A stretch of 47,042 bases of DNA from Bdellovibrionota bacterium FG-2 (lineage in GTDB: Bacteria > Bdellovibrionota > UBA1018): positions 1-47,042 of the forward strand of contig JBBCAV010000169.1 of NCBI GenBank assembly GCA_051382305.1, written 5' to 3'. This document shows, piece after piece, positions 38,151 to 46,637 of this stretch. The translations under genes and the position numbers were made by a program. The notes under the pieces were generated by a model. It searched no databases, had not been told where the DNA came from, and saw nothing but the letters and a program-made list of their open reading frames with translations. Position 1 is the first letter of the stretch; each line of letters opens with the position of its first letter.

Positions 38151-38552
38151 ATGCTTACCTCATCCCGAAAGTTTTTTGCCCTCTCAATGTTTACGCTTTC
38201 TTTTGCAACCTCAGCCTTGGCTGATACCTATCTCGCCTGTGGAAATCCGTTTCCTCTTTCGCGTAAGGAGTCGTTCAATCAGGCGGCTCCCGTCTATTTT
38301 GAATATGTGGCGGTTGGAACGGGAAAGTACTCCAAGGCGAAATTGAAAATCAATGGCATCCCCCAGCGGATTAAGCATTTTCGAGAGGCTTATGACAACT
38401 CGGGATACGCAATGGAATCAGGCAACGTCACGTACGCATTTGATGAAACGATCTGCCTAAAGGAGGGAGACGATCCCGTGGGTAGCGCGGTACTCACTAT
38501 TAGTCATGGCGCCGATTCTCGAACCATGGATTGTTCATGTACGGATGATTGA
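38151..38552 (+). CDS. Hypothetical secreted protein
   Basis: GGAG RBS, signal peptide ending ALA, four Cys. Confidence 0.7.
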   Translation: MLTSSRKFFALSMFTLSFATSALADTYLACGNPFPLSRKESFNQAAPVYFEYVAVGTGKYSKAKLKINGIPQRIKHFREAYDNSGYAMESGNVTYAFDETICLKEGDDPVGSAVLTISHGADSRTMDCSCTDD

Positions 38553-38564
38553 GAAAAGTACCGT

Positions 38565-38610
38565 GTAAGAGCGTAATTACGGTGGTCGCAATTACCTCTC
38601 ATCCCTGAAC
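38565..38610 (+). repeat. Copy of the 3' end of the RelE-like toxin gene (direct repeat of 40619-40664)
   Basis: 46 bp with 2 mismatches: GTAAGAGCGTAATTACGGTGRTCGCRATTACCTCTCATCCCTGAAC. Confidence 0.92.
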
Positions 38611-38623
38611 ATCGATGACGACT

Positions 38624-39001
38624 TTAAGGCATCGAGGGGCATTTAAATATGCGGGGATTGCTCGCATCAATAGTGCAACCTTTGTATTGAGAGAAGTTAA
38701 TGGGCTTGCACATGTCTACGATGGAATCATCTGAATGCTTGTATCTGCAACAAGCTCCATCTCCTGGTGTGCCGTTGAATACGGTGATTATTTTATCGAA
38801 CGAAAAATTAAGGAGATATGATCCGCTAATATTCCATTGATTCTGTAAGGTGCTAGGTTGGAGGTTGGTTTGCTGAAAACCCCCTGACATTGCCATGGGC
38901 GTTGGACATACAACTGAAAATCCACGAAGCGCTGCTTGGGCAATTGAAGATAGGGAAGTGAGGCCAAGAATCAAAACGAAGGTAATGTTAGATTTTTTCA
39001 T
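38624..39001 (-). CDS. Small secreted Cys-rich protein
   Basis: AAGGAG RBS, signal peptide ending AQA, six Cys. Confidence 0.75.
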   Translation of the reverse strand: MKKSNITFVLILGLTSLSSIAQAALRGFSVVCPTPMAMSGGFQQTNLQPSTLQNQWNISGSYLLNFSFDKIITVFNGTPGDGACCRYKHSDDSIVDMCKPINFSQYKGCTIDASNPRIFKCPSMP

Positions 39002-39034
39002 TTCAAATTGTCTCCTTAGGAAAGGTTAAACTAA

Positions 39035-39047
39035 GGGGGGGGGGGGG
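39035..39047. repeat. Poly-G(13) tract in a putative promoter
   Basis: 13 consecutive G; on the minus strand they form TTGCCC plus part of a 16-nt spacer before TAACCT. Confidence 0.85.
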
Positions 39048-39292
39048 CAAGCGTTTTGTAAATATAGGTGAGGATAACTTGAGTTCACGGATGTTGAGTC
39101 CCGATTTGTGTCACAATAATGTCGACCCTGTCAGGGTCTTTCGGATGGGATTCATGATTTGCAGATGCCCATTTCTTTCGCTTGCGGGCCAACCTGTATC
39201 GAGTCAGGCGAATGCGCCAAGCGACTGTTTTTATTAGAATAGGTCCCTTCTTTTGTCTTTCAGGTCCCCATGAAATCCTCCGATAAGAAGCA

Positions 39293-39532
39293 ATGGGCTT
39301 TGATCCGGGCAGATATTTGCTACTCGCCCTATTTTCAAAGATGGCGCTCTCAGCGTCGGCGATTTGCCCGGTGCTCTGGGCGGCATCACCAGCCTTCACA
39401 CCCGTTACCCTCAATGCCAAGATCCAGGCTCTGCTCCCTACGCAGCTTAAGAAAATACAACCCGGAAAAACCAAGCGCGAGACCGTTCAAACGCGGTCTC
39501 CTTTTAGCCCTACCCTCCTGAAATCGCTCTAA
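39293..39532 (+). pseudogene. Truncated secreted-protein gene fragment
   Basis: Signal-like N-terminus and a LKKIQPGKT.RE.V (SmpA-like) motif, cut off near 39490 ahead of the IS110 remnant. Confidence 0.3.
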
Positions 39533-39544
39533 GAAGCGCCCCCA

Positions 39545-39900
39545 GTCGCTATGTTGAAAAATCACAAGGAGTGGTGAGCGAAGTTATTGAAAGCTCCTTG
39601 ATTGGCGTTTGCTACGGGTTGCTAAACAAGCAACAAAACCAACCAAGGGGGGCTCATATGAGCGCTAAGAAAATCAGCTATAAAGGGAAAAAAGTCTACG
39701 TGGGAATTGATGTTCATTTGAAAACTTGGAAAAGGTTTACCGTAGCGTGCCGGGCATTGGGTCAATTGGAGCGCGAGTACTGTCAAACGAGATGGGCGAC
39801 TTATCAAAACGATTCAATAATGAGAGGGCGCTCCATCACGCATAACGGGGGGAGAACAAAAAGCTCGTATTCACGCGAATCTGAGCCTTACTAAGACTGT
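39545..39900 (+). mobile_element. Internally deleted IS110-family remnant (ends approximate)
   Basis: ATG 39658 YVGIDVH (RuvC-like N-terminus) joined out of frame to LEKVYRSVPGIGSIGARVLSNEMGD..RF.NERAL (Transposase_20 start, 39726-39833); structured noncoding left end. Confidence 0.75.
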
Positions 39901-40044
39901 AGCTGACGGCACAACCTGTATCGAGTTAGGCTTTTTGATAAAACACGTTTCATAACATGGAGATGGCTAATGAGGGATTTATATGCTATCCCACTTTACA
40001 AGTTTCCCACCTTCACCTATAATGGATCCCAAGGAGGCGATTCT

Positions 40045-40359
40045 ATGTCGCGATTATGCGTAACCAAGAAGTCAGTTCAGCTTCGGCCCGATTCAAAAGG
40101 GAGAATCGCTTTGGGAAGGTTTGCCGAAGGTGTCAGTAGTTTTTGCGTCACTGAGCAACCGAATGGGGCAGTGTTGCTGGAGCCGATGGTAGAAATCCCG
40201 GCTCGTGAGAAATGGCTATTTGGAAATAAGGCGGTATTTGCGAGTGTAAAGCGAGGACTCATTGAGTCGGCCAAGGGCGACGTAAAGGCGCGGGGATCTT
40301 TTGCAAAATATGCCGCAGAGTCAGGTGAGCCAGATGAGTCTGACGAAAGGGACAAATAA
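40045..40359 (+). CDS. AbrB/SpoVT-like antitoxin
   Basis: PDSKGRIAL...NGAVLLEP.VEIPA.EKWL; GGAGG RBS; directly upstream of the toxin. Confidence 0.75.
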   Translation: MSRLCVTKKSVQLRPDSKGRIALGRFAEGVSSFCVTEQPNGAVLLEPMVEIPAREKWLFGNKAVFASVKRGLIESAKGDVKARGSFAKYAAESGEPDESDERDK

Positions 40360-40365
40360 CTCCTC

Positions 40366-40662
40366 ATGTCTTTTGAGCTTAGGTTCACGACTGAGGCGGA
40401 TTCAAATCTGCGAACGCTCGAAAAGGATCGGAGTTTGGGAAAGCGTCTCAAGGCGGTCCGCGAGGCCTTAGGGTATCTCGAAGTGAATCCTCGTCATAAG
40501 GGGCTCAATACTCACAAATATTCATCTTTGTTGGGACCTAACGGCGAAGAGATTTTCGAAGCCTATGCAGAGAATAACACTCCTGCAGCCTATCGCATAT
40601 TCTGGCACTACGGACCTGGTAAGAGCGTAATTACGGTGATCGCGATTACCTCTCATCCCTGA
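40366..40662 (+). CDS. RelE/ParE-like toxin
   Basis: LRFTTEA...NPRHKGLNTH...FEAY..N.TPAAYRIFWHYG...ITSHP. Confidence 0.8.
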   Translation: MSFELRFTTEADSNLRTLEKDRSLGKRLKAVREALGYLEVNPRHKGLNTHKYSSLLGPNGEEIFEAYAENNTPAAYRIFWHYGPGKSVITVIAITSHP

Positions 40663-40863
40663 ACCGGATGGCGGCGATACCGGATAAAAGCTTTGTCGAA
40701 GTCTGATTCCATTTTTTGCAGAGTTTCATAATATCCATTCTCCTTTGGAGACGGTCTAGTGCAGCACCATAACAAACCTGAGTGTTTTGGTCAAGTGATG
40801 CTTTCTTTAGGTAATGTCCCGTTATTTTAGGCACTTAGGCTAGCGTGACCTGCATATGCAGTT

Positions 40864-40903
40864 AGTATAAAGGTGCCCGGCCTCTTTCGCTTGGCCAGGC
40901 ACC
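40864..40903 (-). terminator. Intrinsic terminator after the IS-disrupted gene
   Basis: GGTGCCTGGCC-loop-GGCCGGGCACC followed by TTTTATACT on the minus strand. Confidence 0.65.
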
Positions 40904-41526
40904 CGTGTGCACTTTCTACATTTTGCTTCACCAATTAACGTTGGCTCTGTGAAAAAATCGTCCGCATCACTTCGAAGGTCTCAGGACTAAGAGCGCCCTG
41001 ATACTCGCGCCAAAGGGCGGCAGATTTTTCGAGGCTCGGCGATTCGGTTCTGCTCAGTTCGGCGGAAACAGAATTTTTGACCGCATTGAGTTCATTGATT
41101 TCTGAGTTATAAATTTCGAGAGAGGTCTTCTCAATGCCCAGATTTTCGGCTTTTTTAGGGCTTAAGGTGGCAAACTGAAAGTCGCTTGATCCGTCTTGGT
41201 CGAGTACAATATAGCCCACAAGACCAAGCATCGCGGCCACACCGATTACTTTTCCCGAGGTATCATCATTAGCGCGGTATAGAAAAGTAACGGCAGTTAG
41301 CGCAGTACATCCGCCTGTAACCAGCATGATCCCGCCGGCTGCCGAAAAAGGCAACCCGCCCCCCGCAATCCCTATCATCGCATGCGAAGGTTTAGGTGCG
41401 AGTACAGACCCGCAAAGTGCGATACAAAGTCCAAGCGTTGCTACAGATTTTTTGTAAATCGTCGAGGCGCCCCGTCTTGAGTATTGCGGTGAGGCGTGGG
41501 CTCACAATTAGCGTCTTATGCGAGGC

Positions 41527-43146
41527 TTAAGCCTGAGCCTTGGTTTTTGAGTAGGTGTGTGGGGTAAAGGGAGGCTGCCCACAATGAAGCGCAGCGACCA
41601 ACGCAGGCAAGTACTCCCTAGGGTTAACCTTATTGAGTTTGCAGCTTTCAATAATCGAAAACAACACCGCTGTGGTCTCCGCCCCCTGTCTTGAGTGCGT
41701 GCCATACCAGGTTTTGCGGCCTATTACTGGATTGCGCAAAATCCTCTCCGCCGCGTTGTTATCGATTGGAAACTCTGAGCTCGTAACAAACAGAGTCAGC
41801 CCCTCGTAGTTCTCTAAGAAATAATTCATCGCCTTGGCTATTGAACTCTTTGAGGAGTATTTCACCTGATCAGCTTGTGCTATGGCTCTCATTTTCTCAT
41901 AAAAAGGCAGCATTTTTGCACGAATATCTAATATAAATTTATCTGGCAAATCCGGATCTTTTTGTCTCAGTGTCGTGAGTTGAGACTCCAAACAATAAAT
42001 TGATCGGTAGCAATCCATAAAATGAGCTGCTGCCATCGGATAAGACTTCTGAGCTTTCTTAAAGTATCTGCGCGAATGCCCGTTGCAATAAATACTACGG
42101 ATTTTAGGCAATCCGTGAGGCACGCGGTATTCATTGGTCACGCGCACAGCCTTGCCATAACCCGAGTACACATCACTCATTAAGTACTCACAGGCCGATT
42201 TTTTCAAAAAATCTGAAGCCACATCCCCAGACCTGGTGTCTCTGATATCAAAGTATGCCGCTATTTTATTGGTAAAACCCCAGTGGTACCAGTTTTCTTT
42301 CTCATCTCCCTCTAACATTCGGTGTGGCGTCTCGTCCGCATGCAGGATTTTGTTCGATAACACTTCTTATTTTAAAAGCCTATAAACCACTCTGACATGA
42401 GCACTTAGTTCATGAGTTGCTGCAATTAGGCTTTGCGCAGGCAATCCCATAATCCCGAGTCTCTCCGCTATCGCTACATAGCGACTCATTGGAATCAGGT
42501 CACAAAACTTACTCAAGGCCGCATCGATAATCAACCGATCACTAAAAGCTCCTCCTGGCGTGATGACCGCAGGAGAGGCCGTCGTCGCAATGGCCCCCTG
42601 ACAATTCGAGCAACGAAACTTATGACGCTTTTGCAGCTCAATAATATACTTTTTTGGAATTATGGAAAGTCGCTCAGAGTCTTCTGTTAAGCCAGAATCC
42701 TGCATCTCATGCGTACAGCATGGGCAATGTGGCAGGGTCTTAGGTAAAACATGAATCACTTTAACTTCGGCATTGGGGTAGCGCTCTGAGGGTTTTAAAA
42801 CCCTCTTCTTTTTCTCATTCTTGGATGCGTCGCTATCCCCAGCACCTGGTACCCGTAAAGACTCGTTATTCGATGCTGCAATTTCTTCTTTCGTGCTGCG
42901 CTCAGAGCTTTTTCCAAATTGCATCTCCTGCATCAGAACCATTCCCTCGCTAAGGTCTAAGTTGCCCTGCTTTAATTCCATAACAAGAGTCTGTAAGCGA
43001 TCAAGCCTTGTCTTGAGATTTTGAATGGTTTTATCTTGATGCGACTGCGCAAGTTTGGATTTGTTTAATTGCCAAATTAGCTCTGATTTATCGAGCATTT
43101 CGAGGCTTTTCGAAATATCCATTTCGGAGAAAAATTCTGAGTTCAC
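41527..43146 (-). pseudogene. tnpC: IS66 DDE transposase with an in-frame TAA at 42369-42367
   Basis: FGKSSE, CPCC, HADET, SDVYSGY, CNGHSRR, IDNNAAER; the two ORFs share a frame and are separated by one stop. Confidence 0.9.
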
Positions 43147-43159
43147 CTAACTTCAGTAA

Positions 43160-43558
43160 TCAATTATTTATCGCGACTTCGCAAGCAGAATTTCGCCTCG
43201 ATTTTAAAAATCTTTTTGGATCCGCTGGGCTCTCCACAAATCTCCGCTCCAGATCCGCACCTTCAAAAAATAAACTGAATTCTGCTGGGGTCAGTGAAAG
43301 CTCTTTATTGTAGCACGGGTTAATCCTGCTAAATTGCCGCTCCTCAAGTCGCTTGGAGAGAATCACAAGTCCCGTGCCATCGTAGTAAAGACACTTGCAA
43401 GTGGTTCGCCTTGAATTGATAAATACAAACAGGTGCCCAGACAGCGGATCCTGACTGAGCACCTGTTTTGCTCTCTCAAACAACGTATCGTACGACGCCC
43501 TCATATCCGTCGCCTCTTTACACACAAAAACTCGAGTCCGACGGTTAAAGGTAATCAC
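43160..43558 (-). CDS. tnpB: IS66 accessory protein TnpB (Orf2)
   Basis: TDMRASYD, DPLSGHLFVF, KCLYYDGTG..ILSKRLE. Confidence 0.92.
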   Translation of the reverse strand: MITFNRRTRVFVCKEATDMRASYDTLFERAKQVLSQDPLSGHLFVFINSRRTTCKCLYYDGTGLVILSKRLEERQFSRINPCYNKELSLTPAEFSLFFEGADLERRFVESPADPKRFLKSRRNSACEVAINN

Positions 43559-43586
43559 TGCAATATACTCCGTTGTTTTAGCGATC

Positions 43587-43954
43587 TCAGGCCACTTTTT
43601 TTAAAAAATCAATCAACTGCTCAACTTGTGGAAACCGAATGACCTTGCCCTGCTCCCAAGTTAGTTCGATACCACTGCAGGGTGCGACGCCCTGAGGTAG
43701 CAAACTATCCGCTGTCACTTCACTAAATTCGGAGGCCGGAAATCCACCCTCCCGGCACATCTTCTTTCCTTGCCCAAGATCCTCGCCGCCTGCTTCCTAT
43801 TGACTCCAATTGAATTATAAAACTCACGCGACGGCCCAGTCCAACCCTCCCAAGCCTTCAATAGTTCAAAAAGAACATCGGAACTTACGCTTAAGAGATT
43901 CCCCTTCGGCGATTTAAACGTACTCAGCTTCTTCTTTAAAATAGTGTTATCCAT
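43587..43954 (-). pseudogene. IS66 TnpA-like ORF with a frameshift near 43770
   Basis: GGAGG RBS and MDNTILKKKL...ARILG; an alternative frame continues GKKMCREG...IELTWEQGKVIRFPQVEQLIDFLKKVA*. Confidence 0.7.
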
Positions 43955-44049
43955 TGCAACACCTCCTGCCTTCTTTACGACGTTCAATAGACTCTACTCA
44001 AGACGGGGCGCCTCGACGATTTACGATTTTTTAAACATAAATTCTCCTT

Positions 44050-45039
44050 TTGAGTAAATTCGGTTTTCCCTTATCGAGTCACGCTTTAGCTGAAACATCA
44101 GCGAAGCGCCCGTCTGGGTCCGGTGTGTTGCCGGATGAATGGGGTTTTACTTGGCTTCGAGAAGATCTCTTTAGGCGCATGTCTATTCGTGAGCAAGCAA
44201 AGACGATCTATCATGAGCGCTTGCGCGCAATTCCCAGAGCGATTCCCGAAGAGTTTATCGCTGATATTACCGATGGGCTGGAATTTGGGCTTTCGCAGCT
44301 TAAATTAGAACTTCAGGGCGAGCGCCCGGTTCTGAACGCGGATCAACTCGAGCTCATCGAGAATATGAAGCTCAGATTGATGCAAACAGGACTCGCAACA
44401 CAAGTGTCGGAAATCGCGCGTAAAACAATCGCTAACGGTGGAGGAATGGTTGCGGTAAACAGCAAAGTGTCCCCGACGGCCTATGTGGGTATCGAGGCGG
44501 TTTTTTTTGGAGACATGGGTGATCACGCAGAGTTCATCGACTCTCGCGGGTCTGGAACTTTGGGAGACTTCGATAATGCGTATGTTGTAAAGATCGGCAA
44601 GAATTCTCATGTCGTGGATTTCAAGTTGGTCGGAGACTATCGTCGATTAGACAACGTCTCCATCGGGGATAACGTTGAGATTAGTCATGTGGACTTTGAA
44701 GTGGGCGCACGGCATGGCTCTGGCCCCTCTGGCTCTAATGATAAGATCGCCAATTTTTTTATAAACACCGGGGCCCGAGTTTCAAATATTGCTCACACCG
44801 TTCTTGTCCCTGTTCACTCTTGGACCGTGTTTCCGTTGCTCCCCCTTATCCCATTGTCGCAACCGATGGAGTTCACCATTGCTAAGAATGCGCAAATCGA
44901 TTTTGCCGGACAGCCCGTATGCGCTGACGCAAAACAGAGCGTGAAAATCAGCGCTGTGTTTTCTATTGGCAATGGCAGTCGAAACGTCGAGCAGAACGAC
45001 GATATCTCAGAGCGGTGCGAAGTGATTGACAGGAAATAG
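44050..45039 (+). CDS. Hypothetical protein, probably N-terminally truncated, with HE motif and hexapeptide/beta-helix-like C-terminus
   Basis: WLREDLFRRMS..EQAKTIYHERL and NGGGMVAVNSKVSPTAYVG; no clear RBS or signal peptide. Confidence 0.55.
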   Translation: MSKFGFPLSSHALAETSAKRPSGSGVLPDEWGFTWLREDLFRRMSIREQAKTIYHERLRAIPRAIPEEFIADITDGLEFGLSQLKLELQGERPVLNADQLELIENMKLRLMQTGLATQVSEIARKTIANGGGMVAVNSKVSPTAYVGIEAVFFGDMGDHAEFIDSRGSGTLGDFDNAYVVKIGKNSHVVDFKLVGDYRRLDNVSIGDNVEISHVDFEVGARHGSGPSGSNDKIANFFINTGARVSNIAHTVLVPVHSWTVFPLLPLIPLSQPMEFTIAKNAQIDFAGQPVCADAKQSVKISAVFSIGNGSRNVEQNDDISERCEVIDRK

Positions 45040-45049
45040 GAAGCCCAGT

Positions 45050-46612
45050 TCACCACTCCGTCGGAACGTAGTCCTTGAAAAAATTTCCCCACGAATGCTT
45101 TCCCGTCGCAAGCCCCGAAAAGAACGGATCACAAACGCGCGCAGCCCCATCTACGATATCGAGCGGGGGCTGAAAATCATGCTCATCTTGCTTGCGTGCA
45201 GACAAAGCCGCGGGATCTTCGTCCGTCACCCAGCCGGTGTCGACAGCGTTCATGAAAATTCCGTCTTTGGCATAATCGCGTGAGGACGTATGGGTCATCA
45301 TGTTTAGCGCGGCCTTGGCCATGTTCGTGTGAGGATGCTTATCCGTTTTTGTATGACGAGAAAACTGACCCTCGACCGCCGAAACATTTACGATGTGCTT
45401 TTCGCCGGTGCGATGGCGAAGCATCAAAGGCTTGAGCTTGCTGCAAAGAATAAATGGCGCGATCGAATTCACGAGTTGAACCTCGAGTAACTCGGCGGTG
45501 GGAACATCCGCCAGTTGAAGGCGCCAACTGTTTACGCCACGAAGGTCTACTTGCTGAAGATCAACATCCAATTTTCCAGCCGGAAAATGTTCGGTGACGC
45601 TCGCAGTGTCATCGCAACGATAGGGGATTTGCGAGAGCGCGGCTGAAGAAGTCATTCCTATTCCCTGGCCCACACCCTGGCCCGCTCCAGGGCCCTGGAG
45701 GTGCCAATCCGATAGCCAGCCACTTTTCTCATTTTCTGAGACCCCGATCAGCGCTGATTTACAGCGCTCATGCGAAACTAAAAGCGGCCGAACCTCCTCC
45801 GGGAGATTTTGAAAGGCTTGTTTTTCGCCCTCGAGCAAGTGCCCATAAAACCCCGGGGGCCGCCGCACCGTCTGGGCTGCATTATTGATTAAAATATCAA
45901 GTCGTTCACAGTTTTGGGACAAGTAGCGCGTGAAAATTTCGACACTCGGCGAATGTCTCAGATCGAGTCCGTGAACCTGAAGGCGTTCCTGCCATTTTGA
46001 AAAATCCGGCTCGCGCGCATAGCGAAGTGCCGCATCTTGCGGAAAACGAGTGGTAACGATTACGCGCGCTCCTGCTCGGAGCATCATGAGCGCTGCTTGA
46101 TAGCCGATCTTCAGGCGCGCGCCGGTGATCACTGCAACGCGGCCCTCAAGTGATGCGGTCTGAAACCGTTTTTCATAGTTGAATTTTGCACAAGGCGCGC
46201 ACATGGAGTCGTAAAAGAAGTGCAACCGTTGAAACTCTTTTTTGCAGATATAGCAGGCGCGGGGTTTCGTGAGTTCGCCTGCCGTGTCCCCCGCTTCGTC
46301 CAGTTCATTTTCCAGCATACGCGGTGGGGGAATGAAAACAGAGTCAAGACGCGCGATCCGGATTTCGCTGCTCGCCCGTACGACCCGGTCTAGTGAACGT
46401 TTCTTCTCACGCCTCTCCCGGCGAAAAGCTTTCAGGCGTTTTGTGACTTCGTTTCGTTCGGGGCGAATCATACGGCCCGCCGCAACCATCAAGCGGACGC
46501 GATCTTCTTTGCTCATGGGTGAGAGGAGAATTGAATTCGCGGCGATCGCCTCTAAGATCGAGGTACACTTTGCGAGATCTTCAGCCGAGATGGAAGGAGT
46601 TTGTTCGGACAT
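45050..46612 (-). CDS. SDR family oxidoreductase with N-terminal zinc-finger
   Basis: CYICK...CAPC, TGARLKIG, LINNA, HPHTNMAKAALNM, VDTGW. Confidence 0.9.
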   Translation of the reverse strand: MSEQTPSISAEDLAKCTSILEAIAANSILLSPMSKEDRVRLMVAAGRMIRPERNEVTKRLKAFRRERREKKRSLDRVVRASSEIRIARLDSVFIPPPRMLENELDEAGDTAGELTKPRACYICKKEFQRLHFFYDSMCAPCAKFNYEKRFQTASLEGRVAVITGARLKIGYQAALMMLRAGARVIVTTRFPQDAALRYAREPDFSKWQERLQVHGLDLRHSPSVEIFTRYLSQNCERLDILINNAAQTVRRPPGFYGHLLEGEKQAFQNLPEEVRPLLVSHERCKSALIGVSENEKSGWLSDWHLQGPGAGQGVGQGIGMTSSAALSQIPYRCDDTASVTEHFPAGKLDVDLQQVDLRGVNSWRLQLADVPTAELLEVQLVNSIAPFILCSKLKPLMLRHRTGEKHIVNVSAVEGQFSRHTKTDKHPHTNMAKAALNMMTHTSSRDYAKDGIFMNAVDTGWVTDEDPAALSARKQDEHDFQPPLDIVDGAARVCDPFFSGLATGKHSWGNFFKDYVPTEW

Positions 46613-46637
46613 GCTGTCGCTATACCTATCCGCTCGC

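Larger units (their letters stand above)
41454..44024 (-). mobile_element. IS66-family insertion sequence (full length, inactivated)
   Basis: Perfect 30-bp TIRs GTAAATCGTCGAGGCGCCCCGTCTTGAGTA; 8-bp TSD GATTTTTT at 41446-41453 and 44025-44032; tnpA-tnpB-tnpC organisation. Confidence 0.96.
40935..44038 (-). pseudogene. Secreted protein gene interrupted by IS66 in its signal peptide
   Basis: Removing 41454-44024 and one TSD copy restores AAAGGAG RBS + MFKKSVATLGLCIALCGSVLAPKPSHA-MIG..., in frame with ORF 40935-41378. Confidence 0.88.

Noticed and set aside
39085-39474. 129-aa minus-strand ORF
   Set aside because: Crosses the junction repeat and lies antisense to a more plausible fragment; no motif.
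39840-39931. Integron attC site (GCATAAC...GTTAGGC)
   Set aside because: The inner L boxes are not complementary, and no integron integrase or cassette array is present.
40646-40834. 62-aa ORF downstream of the toxin
   Set aside because: No recognisable family in any frame; possibly a gene relic, but unsupported.
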